Source of the DNA: an uncultured Acidobacteriota bacterium
GTDB lineage: Bacteria; Acidobacteriota; Thermoanaerobaculia; Multivoradales; UBA5704
Assembly (NCBI GenBank): GCA_963700145.1
Contig: OY969474.1
Coordinates: forward strand, 3,424,001 to 3,488,000
DNA length: 64,000 nt
Direction: 5' to 3'
Positions 18,406 through 28,744 of this stretch are shown in pieces. The notes under the pieces are model-generated. The model was not told the DNA's origin, searched no databases, and was given only the letters and a program-made list of their open reading frames with translations. Within the stretch, counting starts at the first letter, position 1; each line of letters begins with the position of its first letter. The position numbers and the translations under genes are program-made.

Positions 18406-18729
18406 GTGAAGACGACCTTCGATCTGCCCGATCCGCTGCTTCGGGATGCCAAGGCTCTGGCCGCCCAACAGGGCCGGCCGCTTCGCGATCTGGTCGCCGA
18501 GGCGATCGGGGAGAAGCTGGAACAAACCGGCGGCGCCGCGCCGGATAGCGCTCGGACCGGAGAAAGACGGCGAGAGGCGTGGGAGCGCTGGAGGGCGCGG
18601 CTGGTGCAGCAGCCGGACGGGAGTTGGCTCAATCCCGACGGCATTGACGACGAGTCGTTCTTCCAGTCCCTCGAAGCGGCTCGGCAGGAGTCTTGGACCT
18701 CGCACGATCCATTTCGCTCCTCCACCTGA
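18406..18729 (+). CDS. VapB-like ribbon-helix-helix antitoxin
   Basis: MKTTFDLPDPLLRDAKALAA...LRDLVAEAI; upstream of a PIN gene. Confidence 0.8.
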   Translation: MKTTFDLPDPLLRDAKALAAQQGRPLRDLVAEAIGEKLEQTGGAAPDSARTGERRREAWERWRARLVQQPDGSWLNPDGIDDESFFQSLEAARQESWTSHDPFRSST

Positions 18730-18756
18730 GCACGCCCCGGCCGCCGCCCCACGTGC

Positions 18757-19174
18757 GTGTTCCTGGTCGATACCAATGTCGTCTCCGAGCTGATCCGCCC
18801 GCGGCCGTACTTGCCCCTGGTCCGGCGGCTGCTCTCGACTGACCCGGCCGTCCTCTTCGCTTCCGAGATCACGCGTTACGAGCTGCGCTACGGCGCCGCC
18901 ATCCATCCTCAGTCGAGCATGGTCTGGGAGAAGGTGCAGCGCGAGATCCTGCCGCTTCCGATCTGGCTTCCGGTCGACGACAAGGTGGCGCTTGCAGCCG
19001 CCGACCTCCGCGCCGCCTTACGCAAGAGCGGCCAAGGGATCGAGATGCCCGACGGCGTCCTCGCCGCGACGGCGTCGGTGCACGACCTGGTGCTCGTAAC
19101 CCGCAACGTTCGCCACTTCCAAAACGTGCCTGGCCTCGTCGTGGAGAACTGGTTCTCCGACGAGTCGTCGCGGG

Positions 19175-19188
<14 letters not shown>
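18757..19188 (+). CDS. vapC: VapC PIN-domain toxin
   Basis: FLVDTNVVSE...D..LAATA...LVTRNVRHF. Confidence 0.9.
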
Positions 19189-20233
<1,045 letters not shown>

Positions 20234-20257
20234 GGCGCGCTATCCTATGGCGCAGCC

Positions 20258-21448
20258 ATGAAAGGGAACCCGCGGCACCTCGGCTTCTCCACCCGCGCCA
20301 TCCACGCCGGCCAAGAGCCCGACCCGACGACCGGCGCCGTCACCGTCCCGATCTACGCCACTTCGACCTACGTTCACGACGAGCTCGGAGTCCACAAGGG
20401 GTACGAGTACGCGCGGGTGCAGAATCGCACGCGCTCCGCCCTCGAGGAGAACGTCGCGGCGCTCGAAGGGGGGCACGCGGGGCACGCCTTCGCCTCCGGC
20501 ATGGCGGCGATCTCGTGCCTGATGACGGTCCTGAAGGCCGGCGACCACGCGGTCGTCTCGCGCAACACCTACGGCGGCACCTACCGCTACCTGACCCGCG
20601 TCCTCGAGCGCTACGACCTCCACTTCTCGTGGGTGGACACGAGCGACCTGGCGGCGGTCGAGCGCGCGTTCACGCCCGCCACCCGGATGCTTTACGTCGA
20701 GACGCCGACCAACCCGCTGATGGACGTCACCGACCTCGCCGCCGCCGCCGAGCTCGCCCACGCCCGCGGCGCGCGGATGGCGGTGGACAACACCTTCCTC
20801 TCCCCCTACCTGCAGCGGCCGCTCGAGCTCGGCGCCGACTTCGTCGTCCACTCGACGACCAAGTTCCTCAACGGCCACAGCGACTCGCTCGGCGGCGTGC
20901 TCGTCTCGACGACGCCCGAGGACACCGAGTGGTTCGCGCTGGTGCAGAAGTCGGCCGGGGCGATCCTCTCGCCGTTCGAGGCGTTCCTCAACCTGCGCGG
21001 CATCAAGACGCTGGCGGTGCGCATGGACCGCCACGAGGCGAACGCGCGGGCGGTGGTGGACTTCCTGGTGCGGCACGCGGCGGTCGAGCGGGTGCTCTAC
21101 CCGGGGCTGCCGGACCACCCCGGCCACGCGGTGCAGAAGCGCCAGGCGCGCGGCTTCGGCTCGATGGTGACGGTGGACCTGGGCAGCTTCGCCGCGGCCA
21201 AGGAGATGCTCGACCGGCTGCGGGTCTGGAGCCTCGCCGAGAGCCTCGGCGGCGTCGAGAGCCTGGCGTCGCACCCGGCCACGATGACCCACGCCTCGAT
21301 CCCGCCGGAGCGGCGGGCGGAGCTGGGCCTGACGGACGGGATGGTGCGGCTGTCGGTGGGGATCGAGGACGTCGAGGACCTGCTCGCCGACCTCGACCAG
21401 GCGCTGGCCGCCCTCGTCGGCGCGCGGGTCGCGGCCGCGACGCGCTAG
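20258..21448 (+). CDS. Cystathionine gamma-lyase/synthase family PLP enzyme
   Basis: YEYAR, FASGMAA, ETPTNP, DNTF, HSTTKFLNGHSD, SLGGVES. Confidence 0.92.
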   Translation: MKGNPRHLGFSTRAIHAGQEPDPTTGAVTVPIYATSTYVHDELGVHKGYEYARVQNRTRSALEENVAALEGGHAGHAFASGMAAISCLMTVLKAGDHAVVSRNTYGGTYRYLTRVLERYDLHFSWVDTSDLAAVERAFTPATRMLYVETPTNPLMDVTDLAAAAELAHARGARMAVDNTFLSPYLQRPLELGADFVVHSTTKFLNGHSDSLGGVLVSTTPEDTEWFALVQKSAGAILSPFEAFLNLRGIKTLAVRMDRHEANARAVVDFLVRHAAVERVLYPGLPDHPGHAVQKRQARGFGSMVTVDLGSFAAAKEMLDRLRVWSLAESLGGVESLASHPATMTHASIPPERRAELGLTDGMVRLSVGIEDVEDLLADLDQALAALVGARVAAATR

Positions 21449-21457
21449 CCGCTCGCC

Positions 21458-21844
21458 CTAGAAAGCGTCGTCGTCGGGATCGCCGGCGTAGGCGAGCTCG
21501 CTCTCCTCCTCGTCGGAGAAGTCGGCCTCCTTGTCGACGCTCGCCGCGATCCACTCGAGGAAGTTGCTCTCGCCGCGGGTGACCTGGAAGGCGAGGATCT
21601 CCGGCAGGTCGTAGCTGTGCAGCTCGCGGATCGTCTCGGCGATTCCTTCGAACTCGCTGTCCTGCGTCTTGATCACCAGCATCAGCTCGCCGTCCTGGCA
21701 GATCTTGCCCTGCCAGCGGTAGACGGAGCGGACCCCGGGGAGGATGTTGACGCAGGCGGCCTGGCGGCGGCCGACGATCTCGCGGGCGAGGAGGTTGGCC
21801 TGCTCCTCGGTGCCGACGGTGGTGACGACGACGATCCCGGCCAC
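21458..21844 (-). CDS. cutA: Divalent-cation tolerance protein CutA with acidic tail
   Basis: AACVNI...SVYRWQG...LHSYDLPEI. Confidence 0.9.
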   Translation of the reverse strand: MAGIVVVTTVGTEEQANLLAREIVGRRQAACVNILPGVRSVYRWQGKICQDGELMLVIKTQDSEFEGIAETIRELHSYDLPEILAFQVTRGESNFLEWIAASVDKEADFSDEEESELAYAGDPDDDAF

Positions 21845-21875
21845 GAAGCAACGGTACTGCGGCGCCTCGGGGGAG

Positions 21876-22463
21876 TCAACGCCACTTTTTCACCTCCGCG
21901 TCGTAGGTCAGCACCCGCACCTTGCCGGTGCGGCCGAAGAGGCGCACGGCGACGAGGCGGCGGCCGTCGGTCAGGTAGAGCGAGCCGGGGGTCGAGGTGC
22001 CGAGCGGGCCGAAGGAGGCGAGGTCGGAGCGGTTGAAGCGCACCGGGTCGCCGGTGAGCTTGCTGCCGGGATCGCCGGGGTCGGGCGGCGGCGGTCCGGC
22101 GGGCAGGCCGAACCAGACGCGCGGCCCGAAGTGCATGAGCGGGCGCGGCGGCGCCAGCTCGGGATCGACGCCGGAGTTGATGTCCGCGTTGAGCACGCCG
22201 TCGCCGTCGCCGTCGCGGTAGAGGGCGTAGGTCACGGTGCCGTCGCCGCGCGGCCGGAACTTGACCGCGGCGTTGCCGCCCCAGCGCAGCGCCGCCATGC
22301 GCGCCGCGCGCAGCGTTCCGACCAGCTCCGCCGCGGCGGCCTGCAGGCGGAGCGCGGCGCTCGCTTCGAGGAGCGGCGGCGCGCTGATCAGGAGGAGCGT
22401 CAGCAGGACGGCCGAGCAGATCAGCAGCTCGACCAGGGTGTAGCCGCGTTGGCCGCTGCGCAT
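21876..22463 (-). CDS. GspH/FimT-like prepilin protein
   Basis: Type IV prepilin site QRG|YTLVELL plus hydrophobic helix. Confidence 0.85.
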   Translation of the reverse strand: MRSGQRGYTLVELLICSAVLLTLLLISAPPLLEASAALRLQAAAAELVGTLRAARMAALRWGGNAAVKFRPRGDGTVTYALYRDGDGDGVLNADINSGVDPELAPPRPLMHFGPRVWFGLPAGPPPPDPGDPGSKLTGDPVRFNRSDLASFGPLGTSTPGSLYLTDGRRLVAVRLFGRTGKVRVLTYDAEVKKWR

Positions 22464-22532
22464 GGCGGATCTCCTGGCGAAGGAAGGGCGGGGCGGCGGC
22501 GAGCGCCGCCCCGCGAGGGGGTGGGGCCTGCT

Positions 22533-22883
22533 CTAGCGGGCGTCCTGCTTGGCGGCCCCGCGCGGGACGCGCACCTTCTCGGCGAGCGTCGTCTGCCCGG
22601 AGGTCGTCACGTAGGGCTTGAGGAGGGCGAAGGTGCGCTCGCCGATGCCGCGCACGAGCATCAGGTCCTCGGCCGCCTTGAAGGGGCCGTTCTTCTTGCG
22701 GAACTCGACGATCCGCCCGGCCACCGAGGGGCCGATCCGCGGCAGCAGCGCGAGCTGCGTCGCCTCGGCGGTGTTGACGTTGACGACGCCGCGCTTGGCC
22801 GGCTCGGCGGCGTGCGCCGGGACGGCGGCGAGGAGGATGGCGAAAAGGGTGAGGGCCGCGGCCCATCGCGAGGCGTTCTTCAT
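22533..22883 (-). CDS. comEA: ComEA-like helix-hairpin-helix DNA-binding protein, secreted
   Basis: Signal peptide; VNVNTA...LPRIGP...IVEFR...GPF...VRGIG. Confidence 0.88.
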   Translation of the reverse strand: MKNASRWAAALTLFAILLAAVPAHAAEPAKRGVVNVNTAEATQLALLPRIGPSVAGRIVEFRKKNGPFKAAEDLMLVRGIGERTFALLKPYVTTSGQTTLAEKVRVPRGAAKQDAR

Positions 22884-23007
22884 GGGGTCTTCCTTTCGTT
22901 TTGTTCGGTTTCGGTTTGCTGCGTTCTCTCCTGTCTGCTGGCGCTGCGTCGTCGCGTCCGTCCGGGGTCTCCCACCTCCTCTCCGGTCGTTGTGGCGGCG
23001 CGGCGAG

Positions 23008-23023
23008 ATCAAGCCCGCTGCCA
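23008..23023 (-). promoter_or_regulatory. sigma54-like promoter of comEA
   Basis: Minus strand TGGCAGCGGGCTTGAT (-12 variant TTGA). Confidence 0.6.
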
Positions 23024-23040
23024 AGTGCGGCGGCAGGAGA

Positions 23041-23053
23041 CAAGTCGCTGATT
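23041..23053 (-). promoter_or_regulatory. IHF binding site
   Basis: AATCAGCGACTTG fits WATCARNNNNTTR, just upstream of the -24 box. Confidence 0.6.
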
Positions 23054-23100
23054 CAGAAGGCGCTTACGCCGCTCATAGCCGTGGCGGCACGGTGAAGCGG

Positions 23101-23164
23101 GCGACGAAGATCTGGACGAGGGACGCGCCGGACGGGCGGCCGGCGAGGCGACGAAGATTTGGAC
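23101..23164. repeat. 17-bp direct repeat pair (candidate enhancer/UAS)
   Basis: gcgacgaagatctggac (23101) and gcgacgaagatttggac (23148), 16/17 identical. Confidence 0.65.
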
Positions 23165-23208
23165 TGGAGCGCGGCGTCTTACCGCGGCTGGGGTAGATTT
23201 ACGCGCCT

Positions 23209-23910
23209 ATGGCGCACGACCGATCGGTCCCACGAGAGTGGCTGGAGGCGCTGGTCATCGCGGCGATCTTCCTCCGCTTCACCAACGTCTTCGTGGTGCA
23301 GACGTTCTACATCCCGTCGAGCTCGATGGAGGACACGCTGCTCATCGGCGACCACCTGTTCGTGAACCGCTACATCTACGGGCCGGCGCAGACGGAGCTC
23401 GAGCAGAAGCTGCTGCCGGCGCGGTCGATCCGGCGCGGCGACATCGTCATCTTCCGCTCGCCGCAGGACCCGACGGTGGACGTGGTCAAGCGCTGCGTGG
23501 GGCTGCCCGGCGACACGATCGACTACGTCGACAAGGAGCTCCACATCAACGGCAAGCGGGTGGAGGACGACGGCTACACCCAGCACCGCGACTACCGGCT
23601 CTACCCCGATCAGCCGTTCGCCGACCTGCAAGGGCGGGTGCGCGACCAGTTCGGCCCTTACACGGTGCCGGCGGACCACTACTTCTGCACCGGCGACAAC
23701 CGCGACCACTCGCTCGACTCGCGCTTCTGGGGGCCGCTGCCGGCGCACCTGGTCAAGGGGCGGGCGCAGCTCGTCTACTGGTCCTACGGCGGCGGCACCT
23801 CCGACGGCCGCTTCAGCAGCTTGAAGGAGGAGGCCGGGCGCCTCGGCAGGACCGCCGGCGGCTTCTTCACCAAGACACGCTGGGACCGCACGTTCCACCT
23901 GGTGCGGTAG
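23209..23910 (+). CDS. lepB: Signal peptidase I (paralog 1)
   Basis: IPSSSM, VKRCVGLPGD, GDNRDHSLDSRFWG. Confidence 0.93.
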   Translation: MAHDRSVPREWLEALVIAAIFLRFTNVFVVQTFYIPSSSMEDTLLIGDHLFVNRYIYGPAQTELEQKLLPARSIRRGDIVIFRSPQDPTVDVVKRCVGLPGDTIDYVDKELHINGKRVEDDGYTQHRDYRLYPDQPFADLQGRVRDQFGPYTVPADHYFCTGDNRDHSLDSRFWGPLPAHLVKGRAQLVYWSYGGGTSDGRFSSLKEEAGRLGRTAGGFFTKTRWDRTFHLVR

Positions 23911-23938
23911 CCCGCGCCGCCGCACCCCGCCGCAGCGC

Positions 23939-24637
23939 ATGGCCACGGAGAAGTCTTTCCTCGAAGAGTCCCTCGAGATCCTGCTCGTCGCGGTGATCTT
24001 CGCGCTCTTCGCCCGCACCTACGTCCTGCAGGCGTTCAAGATCCCCACCGGCTCGATGGAGGAGAACCTCCTCGTCGGCGACCACATCCTGGTCAACAAG
24101 TTCGTCTACGGCCGGACGGCGACGCCGCTCGAGCGGGTGCTGCTGCCGATGCGTCCCATCCGGCGCGGCGACGTGGTGGTCTTCAAGTACCCCGAGGACC
24201 CGACGCGCGACTTCATCAAGCGCTGCGTGGGGCTCCCGGGCGACACCGTGGAGATCGTCGACAAGCAGCTCTACTTGAACGGCAAGGCGGTGGCCGACGC
24301 GAGCTACACCTACCACGCCGATCGCCGCACCTTCGCGCGCGGCTCGGCGGTCACGGGCTGGAGCGACCGCGACAGCTTCGGTCCCTACGTCGTGCCGCCG
24401 GCGCACTACTTCTGTCTGGGGGACAACCGCGACAACTCGCGCGACTCGCGGGTCTGGGGGCCGGTGCCGGAGAGCCACGTCAAGGGGCGGGCCTTCATGA
24501 TCTATTGGTCGACCGCCGAGGGGGGCGAGAGCGCCGAGTGGCCGGGCCTGCGCGGCAAGCTCCGCCAGCTCGGGCGCCTCGTCCGCCGCTTCGCCGGCGC
24601 CACCCGCTGGGAGCGGACCTTCGAGATCGTGCGCTAG
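23939..24637 (+). CDS. lepB: Signal peptidase I (paralog 2)
   Basis: IPTGSM, IKRCVGLPGD, GDNRDNSRDSRVWG. Confidence 0.93.
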   Translation: MATEKSFLEESLEILLVAVIFALFARTYVLQAFKIPTGSMEENLLVGDHILVNKFVYGRTATPLERVLLPMRPIRRGDVVVFKYPEDPTRDFIKRCVGLPGDTVEIVDKQLYLNGKAVADASYTYHADRRTFARGSAVTGWSDRDSFGPYVVPPAHYFCLGDNRDNSRDSRVWGPVPESHVKGRAFMIYWSTAEGGESAEWPGLRGKLRQLGRLVRRFAGATRWERTFEIVR

Positions 24638-24671
24638 ACTGCACGCCCCCACCACCTGGAGGAGAGCGACG

Positions 24672-25037
24672 ATGCGGCGCAGGTCCGAACGCGGCGACGG
24701 CAATGTCGGGTGCATCGTCTGGCTGCTGATCTTGGTGATCGTGGTGGCGATCGGCTGGAAGGCGATCCCGGTCAAGCTCCGCACCTCGCAGCTCTACGAC
24801 TACATGGTGGAGCTGTCGAAGTTCTCGGCGCAGGCGCCGCCCGACGAGCTCGAGCTGCGCATCCTGGCGCGGGCCCGCGAGCTCGAGCTGCCGGTGACCA
24901 AGGAAGGTGTCCTGGTGCAGCGGATCGGCGACCGGATCAAGCTGGAGGCCCACTACGCGGTGCCGCTGGATTACCCGGGGTACACGTACCAATGGAGCTT
25001 CAATCACGTGGTGGACAGGCCGATCTTCATTTTTTGA
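24672..25037 (+). CDS. DUF4845-like single-pass membrane protein
   Basis: Prepilin-like ERG start, TM helix; typical position after lepB. Confidence 0.7.
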   Translation: MRRRSERGDGNVGCIVWLLILVIVVAIGWKAIPVKLRTSQLYDYMVELSKFSAQAPPDELELRILARARELELPVTKEGVLVQRIGDRIKLEAHYAVPLDYPGYTYQWSFNHVVDRPIFIF

Positions 25038-25090
25038 CTTCGATACCCCCTCCCTGGCCCTCCCCCGCTGCACGGGGGAGGGAGCTGCCC
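25034..25090 (+). repeat. REP-like palindromic element, copy 1
   Basis: 57 bp identical (inverted) to 44485-44541; hairpin ccctccccc...gggggaggg. Confidence 0.9.
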
Positions 25091-25099
25091 CTCTAGATC

Positions 25100-26704
25100 A
25101 TGACCAAAGGCGGTTGGCTCACCATTTTCGGGGCCGGCCTCCTGCCCGGCGTGCTGGCGGGCGCGCAGGTCGCGGGGCTGCTGTTCTTCCTCAACCCCGC
25201 CCTCCCCTTTCGCGGCGAGCCGTTCGCCCGCGCCGTCCTCCAGTACGGGCTCCTCCTGGGTCTCGCCGGGCTCGCGGCGCAGCTGCCGTGGACCTGGGGG
25301 CGGCCGGGCCGCGCGCGCCGGCTGCTGCCGTGGACGCTGACCGCGGCGCTCGCCGCCGCCGCCCTCCTCGACGCCGCGCACGCCTCTTACTACGCCTACT
25401 ACCTGCCGGCAGGAGTGAACCGCCGCCTCTTGAAGGCCGCGCTCTGGCTCGCCGCCGCCGCCCTCGCCGGCTTCTATACCGCCCTCCTCCACACCGTCCG
25501 GGGACGGCGCTACGGCCGGCGCAGCCGCTGGTTCCTGGGGCTCCTCGCCGTGCTCTCGGTCTACGTGCTGATCGAGCGGCGGGAGTCCTTCCGGCCGCGC
25601 CCCGAGCCGCCGCGGCGGGTGCCGGTCGTCGAGCGCGGCGAGCGGCCGCGCCTCTGGGTGATCGGCCTCGACGCGGCGACCCTCGACGCCATCCTGCCGC
25701 TCGCCGCCCAGGGGCGCGTGCCCTTCCTCGCGCGCCTCCTGGAGGAGGGTGCCTACGGGCGGCTCGCCTCCTTCACCCCGCGCCGGCCCGCGGCGCTGTG
25801 GACGACGCTCGCCACCGGCAAGCACCCGGCGCGGCACGGCGTCCTCGGCGGCGTGCGCTACCGCGCGCGCTTCCTCGGGCCGGACCCGGAGCTGCGCCTG
25901 CTGCCGGTGGGGATCGGCTTCGAGCGCTGGGGGGCGCGGGCGGCGCGCGGCGAGCCGCCCGGCGCGGGGCGGGAGGCGGCGACGCTCTGGGAGGTGCTGC
26001 CGCGGCTCGGGGCGGCGAGCGCGGTCGTGGGCTGGCCGGCGGCGAGCGCCGCGCCGGGGCTGCCGGCCTTTGTCGTCGGCGAGCGCGAGCTGCCGGGGGC
26101 CGCCGCGGGGCTCGCCGGCGACGCGCGGCGGCTCGCCGTCGCCGAGGCGCTCGTCGCGCAGCGGCCCGAGGTCGAGGCCTGCTTCGTCGTCCTGCCGGGG
26201 CTCGCCGAGGTCTCGCGCCGCGCCTTCGGCGGCTGGGCCGCGGCGACCGACGGCGCGCGCGGGGCGGCCGAGGCGCGGGCGGCGGCGCGGCTGGCGGGCT
26301 ACTACGAAGCGCTCGACGCGCGCCTCGCGCGGCTCTGGGAGAGCGGGCGCGGGCCGCGTCTGCTGGCCGTCGTCTCGGCGCACGGCGTCGAGGCGCCCGG
26401 CAGGGCGGCGCGCCTGTGGGCGGAGGTGACCGGCGGCGAAGGGGTGGGGGGACGGCTCGACACCGCGCCCGACGGGGTGCTGATGCTCTACGGCGACGGG
26501 GTGCGGCGGCGGTCGCTGCTGACGGAGGCGCGGCTGGTGGACCTGGCGCCGACGCTGCTCTACGCCCTCCGCCTGCCGGTGGCGCGCGACCTCGATGGTC
26601 GGGTCCTGACCGAGGCCTTCGACCCGGCCTTCCTCGCCGCTCAGCCGCTGACCTTCCTCCCCTCTTACGAAGGGCTGATCGAGCGGCCGCGGCCGCGCCG
26701 CTAG
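25100..26704 (+). CDS. Membrane-anchored alkaline phosphatase/phosphodiesterase superfamily protein
   Basis: N-terminal TMs; VIGLDAA, WTTLATGK.PARHGV, VVSAHG, DLAPTLL. Confidence 0.8.
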   Translation: MTKGGWLTIFGAGLLPGVLAGAQVAGLLFFLNPALPFRGEPFARAVLQYGLLLGLAGLAAQLPWTWGRPGRARRLLPWTLTAALAAAALLDAAHASYYAYYLPAGVNRRLLKAALWLAAAALAGFYTALLHTVRGRRYGRRSRWFLGLLAVLSVYVLIERRESFRPRPEPPRRVPVVERGERPRLWVIGLDAATLDAILPLAAQGRVPFLARLLEEGAYGRLASFTPRRPAALWTTLATGKHPARHGVLGGVRYRARFLGPDPELRLLPVGIGFERWGARAARGEPPGAGREAATLWEVLPRLGAASAVVGWPAASAAPGLPAFVVGERELPGAAAGLAGDARRLAVAEALVAQRPEVEACFVVLPGLAEVSRRAFGGWAAATDGARGAAEARAAARLAGYYEALDARLARLWESGRGPRLLAVVSAHGVEAPGRAARLWAEVTGGEGVGGRLDTAPDGVLMLYGDGVRRRSLLTEARLVDLAPTLLYALRLPVARDLDGRVLTEAFDPAFLAAQPLTFLPSYEGLIERPRPRR

Positions 26705-27102
26705 ACCGCTTCCTGTCGCTCGCGCCCGACGGGCACGAGCTTCGGCACCGGCGCCGCTTCGCGCTGCATCGCGCAGCGCCCCTCGAAGAGCGCGCCGTCC
26801 TCGATGACCAGCGTCGGCGTCTCGAGCTCGGCGAAGAGCTTGCCGCCCGGCGCGATCTGCACCCGCCGCGACGCCTGCACGGTGCCGCGCACCACGCCGG
26901 TCACGTAGAGCGCGCCGACCTTGAGGTCGCCCTCCACCTCGCCGCTCTCGCCGACGACCAGGTCCCCGTCCGAGGAGACCTTGCCCTGGAAGCGTCCGTC
27001 CACTCGGAACGAGGTCTCGAAGCGCAGCTCCCCCTGCGTCGAGCTGCCGCTGTCGAGGAAGCCGTTGAGAGCGCTCCTCTTTGCCTCCTGTTTGAATTTC
27101 AT
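26701..27102 (-). CDS. Bactofilin (polymer-forming cytoskeletal protein)
   Basis: GELRF...RVDG...LVVGESGEVEG...LVIEDGALFEGRC. Confidence 0.9.
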   Translation of the reverse strand: MKFKQEAKRSALNGFLDSGSSTQGELRFETSFRVDGRFQGKVSSDGDLVVGESGEVEGDLKVGALYVTGVVRGTVQASRRVQIAPGGKLFAELETPTLVIEDGALFEGRCAMQREAAPVPKLVPVGRERQEAV

Positions 27103-27983
27103 CGCATGTCTCCCATGAGAGCTTCGTACAGGCGGATCAGCTCCTCCTCCGAATGGAAGTGGATGCGGAGCGTCCCGCCCTTCCCGCGACGGTGGATCTC
27201 GACTTTCGTCTGCAGGCGCCGGGTCAGCTTCTCGGCCGCCGCCGCGGCGTTCGCCTCGGGCGGTGCCGCGGCGCGGCGGGCGCCCGGCGCCGCGGCGGCG
27301 CCCTCTCCCCCGGCCTCGCCGGTCAGGCGCTCCAGCTCGCGCGCCGACAGCCCCTCCGCGACCGCGCGCTCGGCCATCGCCAGCTGCTTGTCGCGGTCGG
27401 GCAGGGCCAGGAGCGGCCGGGCCTGGCCGGCGGTGAGGCGGCCGCCGCGCAGCATCTGCTGCACCTCGTCCGGAAGCTTGAGGAGCCGCAGAGCGTTCGC
27501 CACCGCCGGGCGGCTCTTCGCCACCCGCGCCGCGATCTCCTCCTGCGACAGGCCGAACTGGTCCTGGAGGGCCCGGAAGGCTTCCGCCTCCTCGATCGGG
27601 TTGAGGTCGCTGCGCTGGAGGTTCTCGACCAGGGCGAGCTCCAAGAGCTCGCGCTCGCCGCCGACCTGGCGGACGACGACCGGCACCGTCTCGAGCCCGG
27701 CGCGGCGCGCCGCGCGCCACCGGCGCTCCCCCGCGATAATCGTGTAAGTGCCGTTGGGAGAAGGAGTTACGACGAGCGGCTGGACGACCCCCTGGGCGCG
27801 GATGGAGCCCGCCAGCTCCTCCAGCGCCGCCTCGTCGAAGGCGCTGCGCGGCTGCAGGCGGTTGGGGCGGAGGCGGTCGACCGGCAGCTCGGTGATCGCC
27901 GCCGGCGCCTCGGACGGCGCGATCAGCGCGTCGAGCCCGCGGCCCAGGCGGCGCCCCCGACCGCCGCTCGCGCTCGCGCTCAC
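27099..27983 (-). CDS. parB: Chromosome partitioning protein ParB
   Basis: LGRGLDAL, QPR..F, IAGERRWRAA, ENLQRSDL. Confidence 0.95.
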   Translation of the reverse strand: MSASASGGRGRRLGRGLDALIAPSEAPAAITELPVDRLRPNRLQPRSAFDEAALEELAGSIRAQGVVQPLVVTPSPNGTYTIIAGERRWRAARRAGLETVPVVVRQVGGERELLELALVENLQRSDLNPIEEAEAFRALQDQFGLSQEEIAARVAKSRPAVANALRLLKLPDEVQQMLRGGRLTAGQARPLLALPDRDKQLAMAERAVAEGLSARELERLTGEAGGEGAAAAPGARRAAAPPEANAAAAAEKLTRRLQTKVEIHRRGKGGTLRIHFHSEEELIRLYEALMGDMR

Positions 27984-28738
27984 GCCGCCCTCCGCAGGAA
28001 CTCGCGCGCCAGCGCCAGGTAGGCCTCGGCGCCGCGCGACTTGATGTCGTACTGGATGATCGGCAGGCCGTGGCTCGGCGCCTCGGCCAGCCGCACGTTG
28101 CGCGGCACCACCGTCTCGAAGACCTTGCCGGCGAAGTGGCGGCGGATCTCCTCCGCCACGTCGCGCGAGAGGTTCGTGCGGTCGTCGTACATGGTCAGCA
28201 GGATGCCGGCGATCGTGAGCCGCGGGTTGAGCCCCGCCTGGATGCGGCGGACGGTGGCCAGGAGCTCGGTGATCCCCTCCAGCGCGTAGTACTCGCACTG
28301 GAGCGGCACCAGGACGCCGTCGGCGGCGGCGAGGGCGGCGACCGTGAGGTGCCCGAGCGAGGGCGGGCAGTCGAGGAGGATCGTGTCGTAGCTCGAAGCG
28401 ACCGGCGCCAGCACCTCCCGCAGCCTGCTCTCCCAGCCGCTCTGCCCCACGAACTCGACCTCGACGCCGACCAGGTCGCGCTGCGCGGGCGCGAGATCCA
28501 GGTGCGGGAAGCCGGAGGGGCGGATGGCGGCGGCGAGCGGCGCCTCGCCGGTGAGGACGTGGTAGAGGTGCGGCGGCGCCGCGTCCCCGCCCAGGCCGCG
28601 GGTGGCGTTGCCCTGCGGGTCGCAATCGACGAGGAGCACCCGCCGCTCCAGCGCCCCGAGCGCGGCGCCGAGGTTGATCGCCGTGGTGGTCTTCCCCACC
28701 CCACCCTTCTGGTTGGCGATGGCGATCGTGAGGGTCAT
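27980..28738 (-). CDS. parA: Chromosome partitioning ATPase ParA/Soj
   Basis: NQKGGVGKTT, DCDPQGN, DCPPSLG, EAPSHG. Confidence 0.96.
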   Translation of the reverse strand: MTLTIAIANQKGGVGKTTTAINLGAALGALERRVLLVDCDPQGNATRGLGGDAAPPHLYHVLTGEAPLAAAIRPSGFPHLDLAPAQRDLVGVEVEFVGQSGWESRLREVLAPVASSYDTILLDCPPSLGHLTVAALAAADGVLVPLQCEYYALEGITELLATVRRIQAGLNPRLTIAGILLTMYDDRTNLSRDVAEEIRRHFAGKVFETVVPRNVRLAEAPSHGLPIIQYDIKSRGAEAYLALAREFLRRAA

Positions 28739-28744
28739 GGCGTG

